DNA from: Candidatus Bipolaricaulota bacterium
GTDB taxonomy: Bacteria > Bipolaricaulota > Bipolaricaulia > UBA7950 > UBA9294
Direction of reading: 5' to 3'
Assembly: GCA_041302485.1 (NCBI GenBank)
Contig: JBFYRA010000149.1
Location: 1-41,839, forward strand
DNA length: 41,839 bases
The notes below the pieces were generated by a model. That model made no database searches and was not told the origin of the DNA. It worked only from the letters and a program-made list of their open reading frames with translations. How positions within the stretch are numbered: the stretch's first letter is position 1; the number at the start of each line of letters is the position of its first letter. The position numbers were made by a program, and so were the translations under genes. Of the stretch, positions 17,024 to 25,884 are shown in pieces.

Positions 17024-17934
17024 ACGTGCGGCACCGGCAAGGCACGTTCCGGACGCCGATTGTGCTTGCGTCGGGACCGGCGGGTTTCGGAGTTGAGCTC
17101 TCCGGCTCGCTCGACTTTCGCGCGATCGGGGCTCTGACGACCAAGACGATCACCAGGGAGGCTCGCGAAGGGAACACGCAGCCGCGGGTTGTCGACGCGC
17201 CCAGCGGGATCCTGAACTCGATCGGCCTTGAGAATCCGGGACTCGAGGCATTCCTCCGCGACGTCCTGCCTCGGATCCGGAGTTTCGATGCCGTGCGCGT
17301 CGTTAGCCTTGCAGGCAGGACCCCGGAGGAAGCGGCCAGTGTGGCGGCGGAACTCGACGGGGAGGCGGGAGTCGACTGGCTCGAGCTGAACCTGTCGTGC
17401 CCGAACGTGCGCGGCGAGACGGTGGCCGATCGGCCCGAGCAAGTCTCCGCCTACGTTGAAGCCGTTCGCAATGCGAGCCGCTGCCCCCTTCTGGCGAAGC
17501 TGCCGGCGAGCGACAACCTGCCCGCGTTGGTCGGAGCGGCGCTCAATGCCGGAGCCGACGGACTGACTCTGATCAATGCCGTGCGCGGCTTGCGGATTGA
17601 CGTCGAAGTCGGGCGCCCCTTCCTTGCACGGGGGACGGGCGGGTTGTGCGGCCCGGCAATCCTGCCCATTGCCTTGGCCCGCGTCTTCGAAGTGCGGCGC
17701 GCGCATCCGAATGCGCTGATCGTCGGGACGGGAGGGGTCACGTGCGTGCGGGACGCGATTGAGATGCTCTGCGCGGGCGCGGACCTTGTCGGCGTTGGGT
17801 TTGGCGTCATGGCGGATCCCGCGTCGGTCTTCGCCCTTGCGGCGGGACTCGAGTCTTGGCTCGACGCGCGAGGAATCCGGGACGTGAAGGAACTCGTGGG
17901 CGCCGCCCACCGAGGAGGGTTCCGTGTTTTGTGA
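17011..17934 (+). CDS. pyrD: Dihydroorotate dehydrogenase B catalytic subunit (class 1B)
   Basis: TPIVLASGPAGFG, LTTKTIT, NSIGLENPG, ELNLSCPN and GTGGV are present. GTG 17011 follows GGAGG. ATG 16996 is an in-frame alternative. Confidence 0.9.
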   Translation: MARIDVRHRQGTFRTPIVLASGPAGFGVELSGSLDFRAIGALTTKTITREAREGNTQPRVVDAPSGILNSIGLENPGLEAFLRDVLPRIRSFDAVRVVSLAGRTPEEAASVAAELDGEAGVDWLELNLSCPNVRGETVADRPEQVSAYVEAVRNASRCPLLAKLPASDNLPALVGAALNAGADGLTLINAVRGLRIDVEVGRPFLARGTGGLCGPAILPIALARVFEVRRAHPNALIVGTGGVTCVRDAIEMLCAGADLVGVGFGVMADPASVFALAAGLESWLDARGIRDVKELVGAAHRGGFRVL

Positions 17935-18676
17935 ACGAGTCATCGAAGCGCAGAAGCAGACGCGAAGCCGGGTGTGCGTCGGGCTTGACCCGCACTCGGG
18001 GACGGTGGCCGAGACTCGAGACAGGATACGGCGTGTGATCGGCGAGACGGCCGCACACGCCTGCGCGTACAAGCCGAACAGCGCGTTCTTCGAGGCGTTC
18101 GGCGCAGCGGGGATGGATCTCCTCGCGGAAGCGATCGCGTGGGTTCACGGTGCCGAGCGTCTCTGCATTCTCGATGCGAAGCGGGGCGACATCGCCTCGA
18201 CAGCCGAGGCGTATGCTCGGGCGGCGTTCGATGTCCTGAACGCCGATGCGGTTACGGTCGTCCCGTATATGGGCGAGGACGCGATCCGTCCCTTCCTCGC
18301 GCATGGAAGGGCCGTGTTCATCGTCGCGCTTCCTTCTGGCCGGGCTGCCGCACGGATCGTCGAGCATGGGACGCCGCCCCTCTTCCTTCGCGTGGGGGAA
18401 TTGGCCGCCGAACTGTCCGATGAGTTCCCGGGGCAGGTCGGCCTCGTGGTGGGGGCTACGCGCCCTGAGGGAGCCGCGGTCCTGCATCGCGCGGCGCCTG
18501 GACTCGCGTGGCTTGTCCCCGGACTCGGCGCTCAGGGTGGAGACCTCGAGGCTTTCGAACTCGCTGCGCCTCACCGTGTCGTGCTATACAACGTGTCTCG
18601 CGGCATCTTCGCGGACGCCGCACCGGGGGAGACGGCGAAACGATGGAAGGAGCAGGTCGGACGGGGAGGGCAATGA
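17924..18676 (+). CDS. pyrF: Orotidine 5'-phosphate decarboxylase
   Basis: VGLDPH, YKPNSAFFE and LDAKRGDIASTA are present. The GTG start overlaps the pyrD stop. Confidence 0.9.
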   Translation: MFCERVIEAQKQTRSRVCVGLDPHSGTVAETRDRIRRVIGETAAHACAYKPNSAFFEAFGAAGMDLLAEAIAWVHGAERLCILDAKRGDIASTAEAYARAAFDVLNADAVTVVPYMGEDAIRPFLAHGRAVFIVALPSGRAAARIVEHGTPPLFLRVGELAAELSDEFPGQVGLVVGATRPEGAAVLHRAAPGLAWLVPGLGAQGGDLEAFELAAPHRVVLYNVSRGIFADAAPGETAKRWKEQVGRGGQ

Positions 18677-19266
18677 GAGACGACAAGAGGTGGCTTGAAC
18701 TCCTGGAGTCGGTTGGAGCCGTGCAGAACGGGCACTTCCTGCTGTCCTCCGGAAGGCACTCGGAGCGCTATGTCCAGTGCGCCAAAGTCCTCGAAGATCC
18801 CGAGCACGCGGCGGCAGTCGGGAGCGAGTTGGCTCTGCAGATGCCGTCGGATGTGGACCGCGTCGTGTCGCCGCCGTTGGGCGGAATCCTGGTCGGATAC
18901 GAGGTCGCGAGAGGCCTGCGCCGGCCGTTCCAGTTCCCCGAGCGGGGCGCGGACGGGTTGTTTCAGTTGCGCCGCGGCTTCTCGATCCATCCCGGCGAGC
19001 GGGTTGTCGTGGTCGAGGATGTGATCACGACGGGCCGCACGACGCGCGAGCTGATGGCTCTCGTTCGGGGCTACGGCGCTGAGCCCGTCTGCATAGCAGC
19101 CATCGTCGATCGTTCCGAGACACACGAGGTCGAGGGGCTGCCGATCCAGGCCCTCGTGCGGCTGGGGATTCCGACCTACGCGTACGTCGATTGCCCGCTG
19201 TGCGCGCGCAAGGTCCCGATCAGCCAGCCCGGGAGCCGGAAGCAAGACGCGCGAGGGGCAGCATGA
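18673..19266 (+). CDS. pyrE: Orotate phosphoribosyltransferase
   Basis: GHFLLSSGRHS and the PRPP loop VVVVEDVITTGRTT are present. There is an ATGA overlap with pyrF. Confidence 0.9.
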   Translation: MRDDKRWLELLESVGAVQNGHFLLSSGRHSERYVQCAKVLEDPEHAAAVGSELALQMPSDVDRVVSPPLGGILVGYEVARGLRRPFQFPERGADGLFQLRRGFSIHPGERVVVVEDVITTGRTTRELMALVRGYGAEPVCIAAIVDRSETHEVEGLPIQALVRLGIPTYAYVDCPLCARKVPISQPGSRKQDARGAA

Positions 19267-19796
19267 GGCTGCGCGTGCTCGAGGAACATGGCCATGCGTC
19301 GGCGTTGCTCGGTCTATCACTGTCGTATCGACAGGATACGGCGCGCATGCCTCCTGTCGCTCGGCGGCTGGCGTTTCGCGGCGACGGGCACAACAAGTTC
19401 CTCGAGTCGATCGTCGTCTGGCTCGATGTCGTGGCGCCGCGGTACTTCTGGCAGGAGTTCGACACCTATCGAGTTGGCGTCACGCGGCAGAGCGAGTCGA
19501 CGATGCACACGATCACGCAGCGCCCGCTCGCGCAGTCGGATTTCGCCCACCCGGTGCCCGACGCGCACCTTGCGCACATGAACGCCCTGATCGGTGACGG
19601 AAGGTGGGAAGAAGCGAAGTGGCAACTGCCGGAATCGTTCCTGCAGCGCCGCATCGTCTCCGCGAACTACATGGCGCTCCAGCGGATCGTGCGGCAGCGC
19701 GCGAGCCACCGCCTCGCGGAGTGGCACGCATTCATCGACCAGCTCGTCGCCTCGGTGGAGCACCCGGAGTACTTGAAGGAGAGCGAGATCACATGA
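19263..19796 (+). CDS. ThyX-fold (Thy1-like) protein with a degenerate catalytic motif
   Basis: GHNKFLESIVVWLDVVAPRYFWQEFDTYRVGVTRQSESTM aligns, from memory, to T. maritima ThyX [40 protein letters not shown]. The RHR motif is replaced by TYR. ATGA overlaps occur on both sides. Confidence 0.7.
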   Translation: MRLRVLEEHGHASALLGLSLSYRQDTARMPPVARRLAFRGDGHNKFLESIVVWLDVVAPRYFWQEFDTYRVGVTRQSESTMHTITQRPLAQSDFAHPVPDAHLAHMNALIGDGRWEEAKWQLPESFLQRRIVSANYMALQRIVRQRASHRLAEWHAFIDQLVASVEHPEYLKESEIT

Positions 19797-20353
19797 CGCA
19801 CGGGATTCTTGCCGATCACGAGATCGCCGCGCTGTGCGCGGGGAGTCGTCCAATGCTGTCGCCGTTCGTGTCCCGCCAGGAGGGCAAGCCGTCGTACGGT
19901 CTGGGAAGCTTCGGCTACGACTTGAGGCTCGGACGTAGGATCCTCGTTCCTCTCGGAGGAGTGAACGCGGTCCTCGATCCGATTCAGTTTCCCGATGGCC
20001 ACTTCCGCACGCTCGATGTCGATAGGGCATTCGAACTGGCACCGAACTCCCAGGTTCTTGCCGAATCGGTCGAGCGGTTCGATATGCCCGACGACGTCTG
20101 CGGGGTCTGTTGGGGCAAGAGCTCCTATGCGCGCTGCGGGCTTCTCGTGAACGTCACCCCGCTGGAACCCGGGTGGCGTGGGATCCTCACGATCGAGCTC
20201 GCGAACGTCTCGCCGCTGCCGATCCGGCTGCACATCGGCCAAGGGATCGCGCAGGTGGTCTTCTTTCGCGGATCGCGTCCAGACCGCACCTATGGCGAGA
20301 AGGAAGCCGGCGGTGCGTACCAGGATCAAGCGGGAGTCACGTTGCCGCGCTAG
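19793..20353 (+). CDS. dcd: dCTP deaminase (Dcd/dUTPase superfamily)
   Basis: GKSSYARCGLLVNVTPLEPGWRGILTIELAN matches the Dcd core, including the catalytic Glu context. The length is 186 aa. Confidence 0.9.
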   Translation: MTHGILADHEIAALCAGSRPMLSPFVSRQEGKPSYGLGSFGYDLRLGRRILVPLGGVNAVLDPIQFPDGHFRTLDVDRAFELAPNSQVLAESVERFDMPDDVCGVCWGKSSYARCGLLVNVTPLEPGWRGILTIELANVSPLPIRLHIGQGIAQVVFFRGSRPDRTYGEKEAGGAYQDQAGVTLPR

Positions 20354-20373
20354 CGACCGAAGGCGCGGCTGCG

Positions 20374-20404
20374 ACGTCCCACGCGCCGCGAAGCGCGCGG
20401 ACGT
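20374..20404 (+). terminator. GC-rich interrupted hairpin after dcd (no U tract)
   Basis: acgtcc (20374-20379) pairs with ggacgt (20399-20404). cgcgc (20382-20386) pairs with gcgcg (20393-20397). Small bulges separate the two stems. Confidence 0.3.
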
Positions 20405-20496
20405 GCCACGGATGCGGGGCGCGCGGGTATACTCGATCGTCCTTGTCTCACGCTCTTCGATTCCGTCCGCGGGTGCGGCACGGAGAAGGGGGAACC

Positions 20497-21483
20497 ATGC
20501 CTCGGCGTTGGCTTGTGGCGACCTTGGCCTGTGGACTTGTCGTCCTCGCGTCTCTTCTGGGCGTCGCAGCCGAGATGAGCAGTCGCTTCTTGGATGTCGG
20601 GATCGAGGTATTCCGGCCGCTCGGCCTGCTCGGTCTCGGATGGTTTGAGCCGCTGGACGTGCGCTTCTTGGCCATGGATATCGGCAACCTCACGAAGGGC
20701 GACGCGGCGAGCGTAGTGAAGGTCGTGGCAGCGTGCGGCAAGAGCGCGCCCGCGCCTGTTGAGTGCGCGGCTCTTGGGAGTGTTGACTACACCTTCACGC
20801 GACGCTTCGCGGCCGAGCCCGTCCTCGGGGCGACGTATCGCGTCGTCTTGACGAACCGGACGAACGCCGCACTCGGAGTTGCACTCGTCATCGACGGTCT
20901 GAACACGAACGGCGGCACGGCGGCCGCGGGGACGTCCGCCGACCGGAAGTGGATCCTCGCGCCCCGACAGACCGTCCGGATCTCTGGATGGCAAGTCAGC
21001 ACGGACGAAGCGCTCGCGTTTCGTTTCGAGACGCCGAGCCACTCGCAGGCCACGGATGCGTCAGAACGAGGCATCATTCGCGTCGGCGTCTACCTGCCGC
21101 TGCCCGAGGCCGTCGGGTCTCGCGGCACGGGCGCGGGAAGCGTGATAGGGCAGCCGACGGTCCTCGTGCCGTTCGAGTCGGCGACGGAACAGCCGGTGGA
21201 CGTGCTCGAGGTCAACTACGCCCGCTCGTCGGTTCCCCTCGGAATCTTGTGCGGTGAGACGGGTGGCGCCGGTGTGCGGATCACTCAGGTTGTTGCCGGA
21301 ACCATCGCCGAGCTGCGCGGGCTCAAGGCTGGCGACGTCGTCACACACGTCAACGCCGTCGCCGTGAATACGTGCGGCGAGCTCTCGGCAACCCTCGCGG
21401 GGAAGAAGCCGGGAGACCGCGTCGTCCTCAAGGTGCATCGAGAGGATCGGGACTTCCTGCTCACGCTCGAGATCGAGGAGTAG
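20497..21483 (+). CDS. Secreted protein with an unknown central domain and a C-terminal PDZ domain
   Basis: The signal-like N-terminus is MPRRWLVATLACGLVVLASLLGVAAE. The PDZ-like C-terminus is GVRITQVVAGTIAELRGLKAGDVVTHVNAVAV...GDRVVLKVHRE. GAAGGGGGA lies upstream of the ATG. Confidence 0.8.
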   Translation: MPRRWLVATLACGLVVLASLLGVAAEMSSRFLDVGIEVFRPLGLLGLGWFEPLDVRFLAMDIGNLTKGDAASVVKVVAACGKSAPAPVECAALGSVDYTFTRRFAAEPVLGATYRVVLTNRTNAALGVALVIDGLNTNGGTAAAGTSADRKWILAPRQTVRISGWQVSTDEALAFRFETPSHSQATDASERGIIRVGVYLPLPEAVGSRGTGAGSVIGQPTVLVPFESATEQPVDVLEVNYARSSVPLGILCGETGGAGVRITQVVAGTIAELRGLKAGDVVTHVNAVAVNTCGELSATLAGKKPGDRVVLKVHREDRDFLLTLEIEE

Positions 21484-21494
21484 GGCGGCTCGCT

Positions 21495-21517
21495 CCGCGC
21501 GTCCGTTGGGGGCGCGG
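21495..21517. terminator. Short hairpin between two convergent genes
   Basis: ccgcgc (21495-21500) pairs with gcgcgg (21512-21517) around an 11-nt loop. It lies between stops at 21483 (+) and 21526 (-). Confidence 0.3.
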
Positions 21518-21525
21518 CCTTCCAG

Positions 21526-24500
21526 CTAGTCGGACGGCAGTGGCCGCAAGACGGTGCCCGGACCTGGCGTCTCGCCGCGAACCACTCGCGCCGTCGAGGT
21601 TCGGCCGTCGATGGTCTCAAGCACCTCGATTACGATGGGCGGAGCGTCGTCGCCCGTGACGGCCGCAAACCGATCTCCGGTGGCGGCGCCGTGATGGCGT
21701 CCGACCGAGACGACGATGCTTGAGGACCCAGGGTCCACGCCGAGCACGGACGGCGCTGCTTCGACGCGCACGGTCTGCCGGGCGGTCGTTTGGACGCCGT
21801 CCTCCCGGGTGACCCGGAGTTCCACCGAGTAGTCGCCGGGCGCAACGTAGACGTGCGTCGCGGAGCCTCCTTCGGTCGTGGCGCCGTCGCCGAACGACCA
21901 GGTGCGATCGACCACCCTGCGTCCGCCCGTCGATTGGTCGACGAACGCGGTAATGCCTCCGGCATACGGAAGACTCGGGCGATAGCCGAAGTCGGCGCTC
22001 GGAGATGGAGCGGCCTCGGCGAGAAGGACGCGAACGTCTCCCTCGCCGATAAGCTGCGGATCTTGTCGCGCGCCGTGCTCGAGCAAGGCTCTCTCGGGGA
22101 CGTGTCGCGCGAGGTGTTCGTACAGCTCCCACGCGGTGACGCGGAGATCCCCGTTCGCGTCGGCATGGCCGTCGAGCCCGTCGAGGACGTAGTGCGTGAA
22201 GATGCCGTGCCGCAGTTCATCCGACTCGAAGGCGTCCTGCGACTCCGAGGACGCGGAGAAGACGATCCGACCCTCGACGGAGAAGTCGGAGAACAGATCC
22301 GACTTCTCGGCCGTCGGTCGCGCCGACGACGGAAGGCTGCGCGACAGGCCGCCGGAGTAGCAGCCGTCGAAGAGCACGACGACGTGCTCGGACTGGATAC
22401 GGTCCAGCGACGCGCCGAACTCGTCGTCGCGAAGCGCGGTGTCTTCTTTTGCGGCGGAGAGGGTGTCCCACAGGACAAAGAACTCGTCCACGCCGTCTAG
22501 CTCGTCGCCGTCGTCATCCGGACCCTGGAAGCCGTGTCCGGAGAAGTGGACGAGGACGAGGTCGTCCGGCGCGGCCATCCGCCGCAGCCAGCCGAGAGCT
22601 TCGCGGACATTGACCAGCGTCGCACGACGCGCCTCGATCCCGGGGACGTCGGGCTGCGCACCGTCGCGATCGAGCAGGAGGCGCATGTGGTCGGGTTCTA
22701 CTCCCGCATCGAGCAGGCGCTTCGCCATCGCCAGGGCGTCCTCGGCCGCGTACTGGAGATCCTTGACCTCCGCATAGTCGGAGATGCCGATCAAGACCGC
22801 CCAGACGTCACCGACATCGGCGATTCCGGGGACCGCGACGACTTCGACCGTTCGCTCGGCCGTCGCCGAGAGGTTGTCATCGTCCTGCACGCGCAGAACC
22901 ACCGTGTAGCGTCCGACCTTCTCGTAGCGATGGATCGGACTCGCGTCGCGGCTTGTCGTGCCGTCTCCGAAACTCCACTCGCGCGCGACGATCTTCCCGT
23001 CGGTGTCTGCCGAGCGATCCTCGAAGCGGATGGGATCGCGAACCGCCGGCGTCGATGGAGTGAGCGCGAACTGCGCTTGCGGGGGCTCGCTCTTGTCGAC
23101 GACGACCACCTGCATCACCGCGTCCGACCGGCCGACATCATCGACGACGCGAAGCGTGATCGGACGAGAACCCGCTGCGAATGGCCCTACCGTCGCCCCG
23201 GGGTCGCTCGAGACGACATCAAGCGTCCCGTCGGAGCCGACGTCCCACGAGTACTCGACAACGCGGCCGTCGCGATCAGTCGAACCGGAGGCATCGAGCC
23301 GCATCAGATCTCCGCTTCGCAGCGGACGCGGCAGTCGCACGCCGCTTGCCGTGACGGGGTACGCTGCGAACGCTGCGACCGGCGTCGTGTCGGCAGGCCA
23401 GACCTGAAGCGACTGCCGAATCGAGGCCGCGGCGCCGTCGTCGTCGGAGACCGTGAGGATGACGTCGTATGTGCCGGACGCTGCAAACGCGTGCTCGACA
23501 GAGAGACCCTCGGCGGCGGCGCCGTCGCCGAAATCCCACCAGATTTCACGCAGTTCGCCGTCCGGGTCCGACGACTCCGCGGCGAGGAAGCGAACAGGGC
23601 TTCCCGCTTCGGGGTCCGGCGGCGTCGAGCGGAACGCCGGCCGCGGCGGCTCGTTGGGCACGCGTGGAACGAGCCGGTTGAGCGAGACATCGAGCCCAGC
23701 GCGGACCCGGGCCCCGTCGGGGTCGATCGCAATGCCGGCTCGGACGCGGAACGCCGGCCCGCCGACGGCCAAAGACAGATCGCCGTCGACGGGCGCGGCG
23801 TCGACCATACGCAGGCGTCCCTCGACGCGTCCGAGCGAGTCGCCGACCGCGGCCCGGAGCGCGACCGCGTCCTCGGTGGGACGGTACGCCGCCCGCACCT
23901 GCCACGTTGCAGCGCCGCGTGCCCACGCGGCCTCCACGGCCGCCTCAAGCACGGGCAAAGCAGAGACGCTCCCGTCCAGATGGAGCCGACCGCCTGCCAC
24001 CGCGGAATCGGCGGATGCGCGGATCGCGAGCGTGCGGAGGGAGAGCCCGGCCATGCCGGCGGAGACACTGACCGGTACGGGCGAGACGAGTCCGAGGGCG
24101 AGATCGGCCGCCCACGAGCCGTCCGGCCATGAGAGCGAGAACCGCCCTTCGGCATGGAGCCCGGCTCCTTCGATGTCTGTTCCGATCCACGCGCCGGCCC
24201 ACGAGCGGCGGCCTTCGAGAAGGCCGTCGAACCCGTAGGCGATAGACGCGGTCCCGCCGCTGGCTCCCTGCCAACGGATGCCGCCGTCCGCGTGGCCCGC
24301 GATGCGGGCTCCCCAGCTCCCGAGGAGCGACGCATCGACGTCGATCGTGCCGGCCTCACCAAGCCATCGACAGCCGATCCCGAGGGTCTCGAGCTCCATC
24401 GGGAAGCCGCCGGCTCGGATTCCAGCCCTCCACGTGGCGCCGAGTGGCCCATCGATCTCGGGGACCAGGTCGATCGAGAGCACGGACAGCGCGCTGGCGT

Positions 24501-25821
24501 CCACGCCGGCTCCGATCGAGGCCCATGCCGGTCCGCCGCCGATGCACGGCGATCCCGGGAGAAGAGCCGGGCGTCCGTCGACGTCGGCGAGCTCGGGCGA
24601 CGCGGCGATGTCCGTCGTCGGGCGGGTGACTCCGACGTAGTCTCGGGCGTTGTCCCACACGACGTTGTAGCCCAGGTTCGGGACGGGCGGCTCGGCGTGG
24701 GGTGCGTCCACCCACACTGCGGCGCCGCCGTTGTACGCGAGGACCGTCTGGGTCACGCTCGGTCGTCCCGAGAGGATGCGCAGCCCGTCGCCGTCGCAGT
24801 CGACGATCGTCGAGGAGACGATGCGGACCTCTCCCGTCGTGTCGAGGAGAACGCCACTGCGACCGGCGGTCTCGATGATGAGTCCACTGGCCTCAAGCGA
24901 AGCCGTCTCGACGACGCGCAGTCCGTCGCCGACCGTGTTCTGGATCCGGAGGCCGTCGACCTTCAGACGGCCCGCACCGGACGCGACGACTCCCTCGGCG
25001 ACACCGCTCACGAGGCAGTCGTCGATCGTCGCGGCGGATGAGCCGGCGACCTCGAGGCCGCCGGAGGCGTTGTCGACGAACGCCGCGTCGCGGATCTGTG
25101 CTTCGGCCGATGACGAGGCGAGAATGCCCCACTCCGAGTTTCGGCGGACGTCGCAGCTGTCCAGATCGAGCTTGGCCGTCCCGTCCAGCGCGATGCCGCA
25201 GCGCCCGTTGTCCAGGAAGCTCGAGCCTCCAGCTTGCAGGGACGACCCCGCGCCGACGAGCGCGCCGGACGCCGTATTCGCTTCAACTCGGGAGTCGAGC
25301 AGGAGCACACGCGCGCCGTTCCGGACGTGGATCCCGTGGCCGACGTTGCCCGTAACAGACACGCGCTCGAGTCTCAATGCACAGGACGCGCCGACCGCCT
25401 CGATGCCGGCCCCCTGGCCGCCGAGGATGACGCAATCGATCAGCGCAGCAGCTGCGCCGTCGGCGGACACAACGGGGCCGGGAAGCACGGACGCGAGCCG
25501 CTCCACGGTGACTCGTTCAAGAGACCCTGACCCCATGGCGCGGATGCGCACGACCTCGTCGAATCCGTACGCGTGCCGGATGACCGTGGCCGCTGCGCCG
25601 GCGCCGACAACGCGCACGCCATCCTTGAGAAGAACACGCTCGTCGTAGATGCCGGGGGACACGTAGACGACATCGCCGTAGCTCGCCGCGTCGATTCCCC
25701 CCTGGATCGATCGGAACGATCCCGAGCCGTCCTGCGCGACAACCCACTGGGCGCCCCACGCGCTCGACGATGCGCACGCGACAACCAGCGCCGAGAGGAT
25801 GCATCGCCAGGCCGTTCGCAT
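21526..25821 (-). CDS. Exported 1431-aa multidomain protein: signal peptide, right-handed beta-helix, unknown Gly/Ala/Trp-rich region, PKD repeats, and a caspase-like (peptidase C14) domain
   Basis: Signal peptide is MRTAWRCILSALVVACASSSAWG|A. PbH1-like repeats span about aa 25-430. PKD signatures are WWDFGDG (aa 761), YSWDVGSDG (aa 857), WSFGDG (aa 949) and WSFGDG (aa 1308). The caspase dyad is HFSGHG (His1096, nt 22534-22536) and FDGCYSGG (Cys1154, nt 22360-22362). Confidence 0.9.
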   Translation of the reverse strand: MRTAWRCILSALVVACASSSAWGAQWVVAQDGSGSFRSIQGGIDAASYGDVVYVSPGIYDERVLLKDGVRVVGAGAAATVIRHAYGFDEVVRIRAMGSGSLERVTVERLASVLPGPVVSADGAAAALIDCVILGGQGAGIEAVGASCALRLERVSVTGNVGHGIHVRNGARVLLLDSRVEANTASGALVGAGSSLQAGGSSFLDNGRCGIALDGTAKLDLDSCDVRRNSEWGILASSSAEAQIRDAAFVDNASGGLEVAGSSAATIDDCLVSGVAEGVVASGAGRLKVDGLRIQNTVGDGLRVVETASLEASGLIIETAGRSGVLLDTTGEVRIVSSTIVDCDGDGLRILSGRPSVTQTVLAYNGGAAVWVDAPHAEPPVPNLGYNVVWDNARDYVGVTRPTTDIAASPELADVDGRPALLPGSPCIGGGPAWASIGAGVDASALSVLSIDLVPEIDGPLGATWRAGIRAGGFPMELETLGIGCRWLGEAGTIDVDASLLGSWGARIAGHADGGIRWQGASGGTASIAYGFDGLLEGRRSWAGAWIGTDIEGAGLHAEGRFSLSWPDGSWAADLALGLVSPVPVSVSAGMAGLSLRTLAIRASADSAVAGGRLHLDGSVSALPVLEAAVEAAWARGAATWQVRAAYRPTEDAVALRAAVGDSLGRVEGRLRMVDAAPVDGDLSLAVGGPAFRVRAGIAIDPDGARVRAGLDVSLNRLVPRVPNEPPRPAFRSTPPDPEAGSPVRFLAAESSDPDGELREIWWDFGDGAAAEGLSVEHAFAASGTYDVILTVSDDDGAAASIRQSLQVWPADTTPVAAFAAYPVTASGVRLPRPLRSGDLMRLDASGSTDRDGRVVEYSWDVGSDGTLDVVSSDPGATVGPFAAGSRPITLRVVDDVGRSDAVMQVVVVDKSEPPQAQFALTPSTPAVRDPIRFEDRSADTDGKIVAREWSFGDGTTSRDASPIHRYEKVGRYTVVLRVQDDDNLSATAERTVEVVAVPGIADVGDVWAVLIGISDYAEVKDLQYAAEDALAMAKRLLDAGVEPDHMRLLLDRDGAQPDVPGIEARRATLVNVREALGWLRRMAAPDDLVLVHFSGHGFQGPDDDGDELDGVDEFFVLWDTLSAAKEDTALRDDEFGASLDRIQSEHVVVLFDGCYSGGLSRSLPSSARPTAEKSDLFSDFSVEGRIVFSASSESQDAFESDELRHGIFTHYVLDGLDGHADANGDLRVTAWELYEHLARHVPERALLEHGARQDPQLIGEGDVRVLLAEAAPSPSADFGYRPSLPYAGGITAFVDQSTGGRRVVDRTWSFGDGATTEGGSATHVYVAPGDYSVELRVTREDGVQTTARQTVRVEAAPSVLGVDPGSSSIVVSVGRHHGAATGDRFAAVTGDDAPPIVIEVLETIDGRTSTARVVRGETPGPGTVLRPLPSD

Positions 25822-25827
25822 GCGGCG

Positions 25828-25856
25828 ATTGTAGTGGCACGAGTGTGAGGCACCAA
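25828..25856 (-). promoter_or_regulatory. Candidate sigma70 promoter giving a leaderless mRNA for the 1431-aa gene
   Basis: On the minus strand: TTGGTG (25856-25851), a 17-nt spacer, TACAAT (25833-25828), then cgccgc and the ATG at 25821. There is no SD. Confidence 0.45.
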
Positions 25857-25875
25857 CCGCAGCGCGCGTGCGACA

Positions 25876-25884
25876 TGGTAAGAT
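25876..25884 (+). promoter_or_regulatory. Candidate extended -10 promoter element for thpR-archease-rtcB
   Basis: TGgTAAGAT at 25876-25884. I see no convincing -35. AGGAGGGA and ATG 25902 follow closely. Confidence 0.3.

Noticed and set aside
19793-20353. dCTP deaminase as a nucleotide-depletion anti-phage defence gene.
   Set aside because: It is a plain 186-aa Dcd without the extra N-terminal domain described for defensive dCTP deaminases. It is also translationally fused into a housekeeping pyrimidine operon.
20497-25821. The caspase-like protease as part of a gasdermin-type or CRISPR-associated defence module.
   Set aside because: The protein has a signal peptide and adhesin-like PKD and beta-helix modules, which indicate an extracytoplasmic role. 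The neighbour is a PDZ protein on the opposite strand, not a gasdermin, CHAT partner or cas gene.
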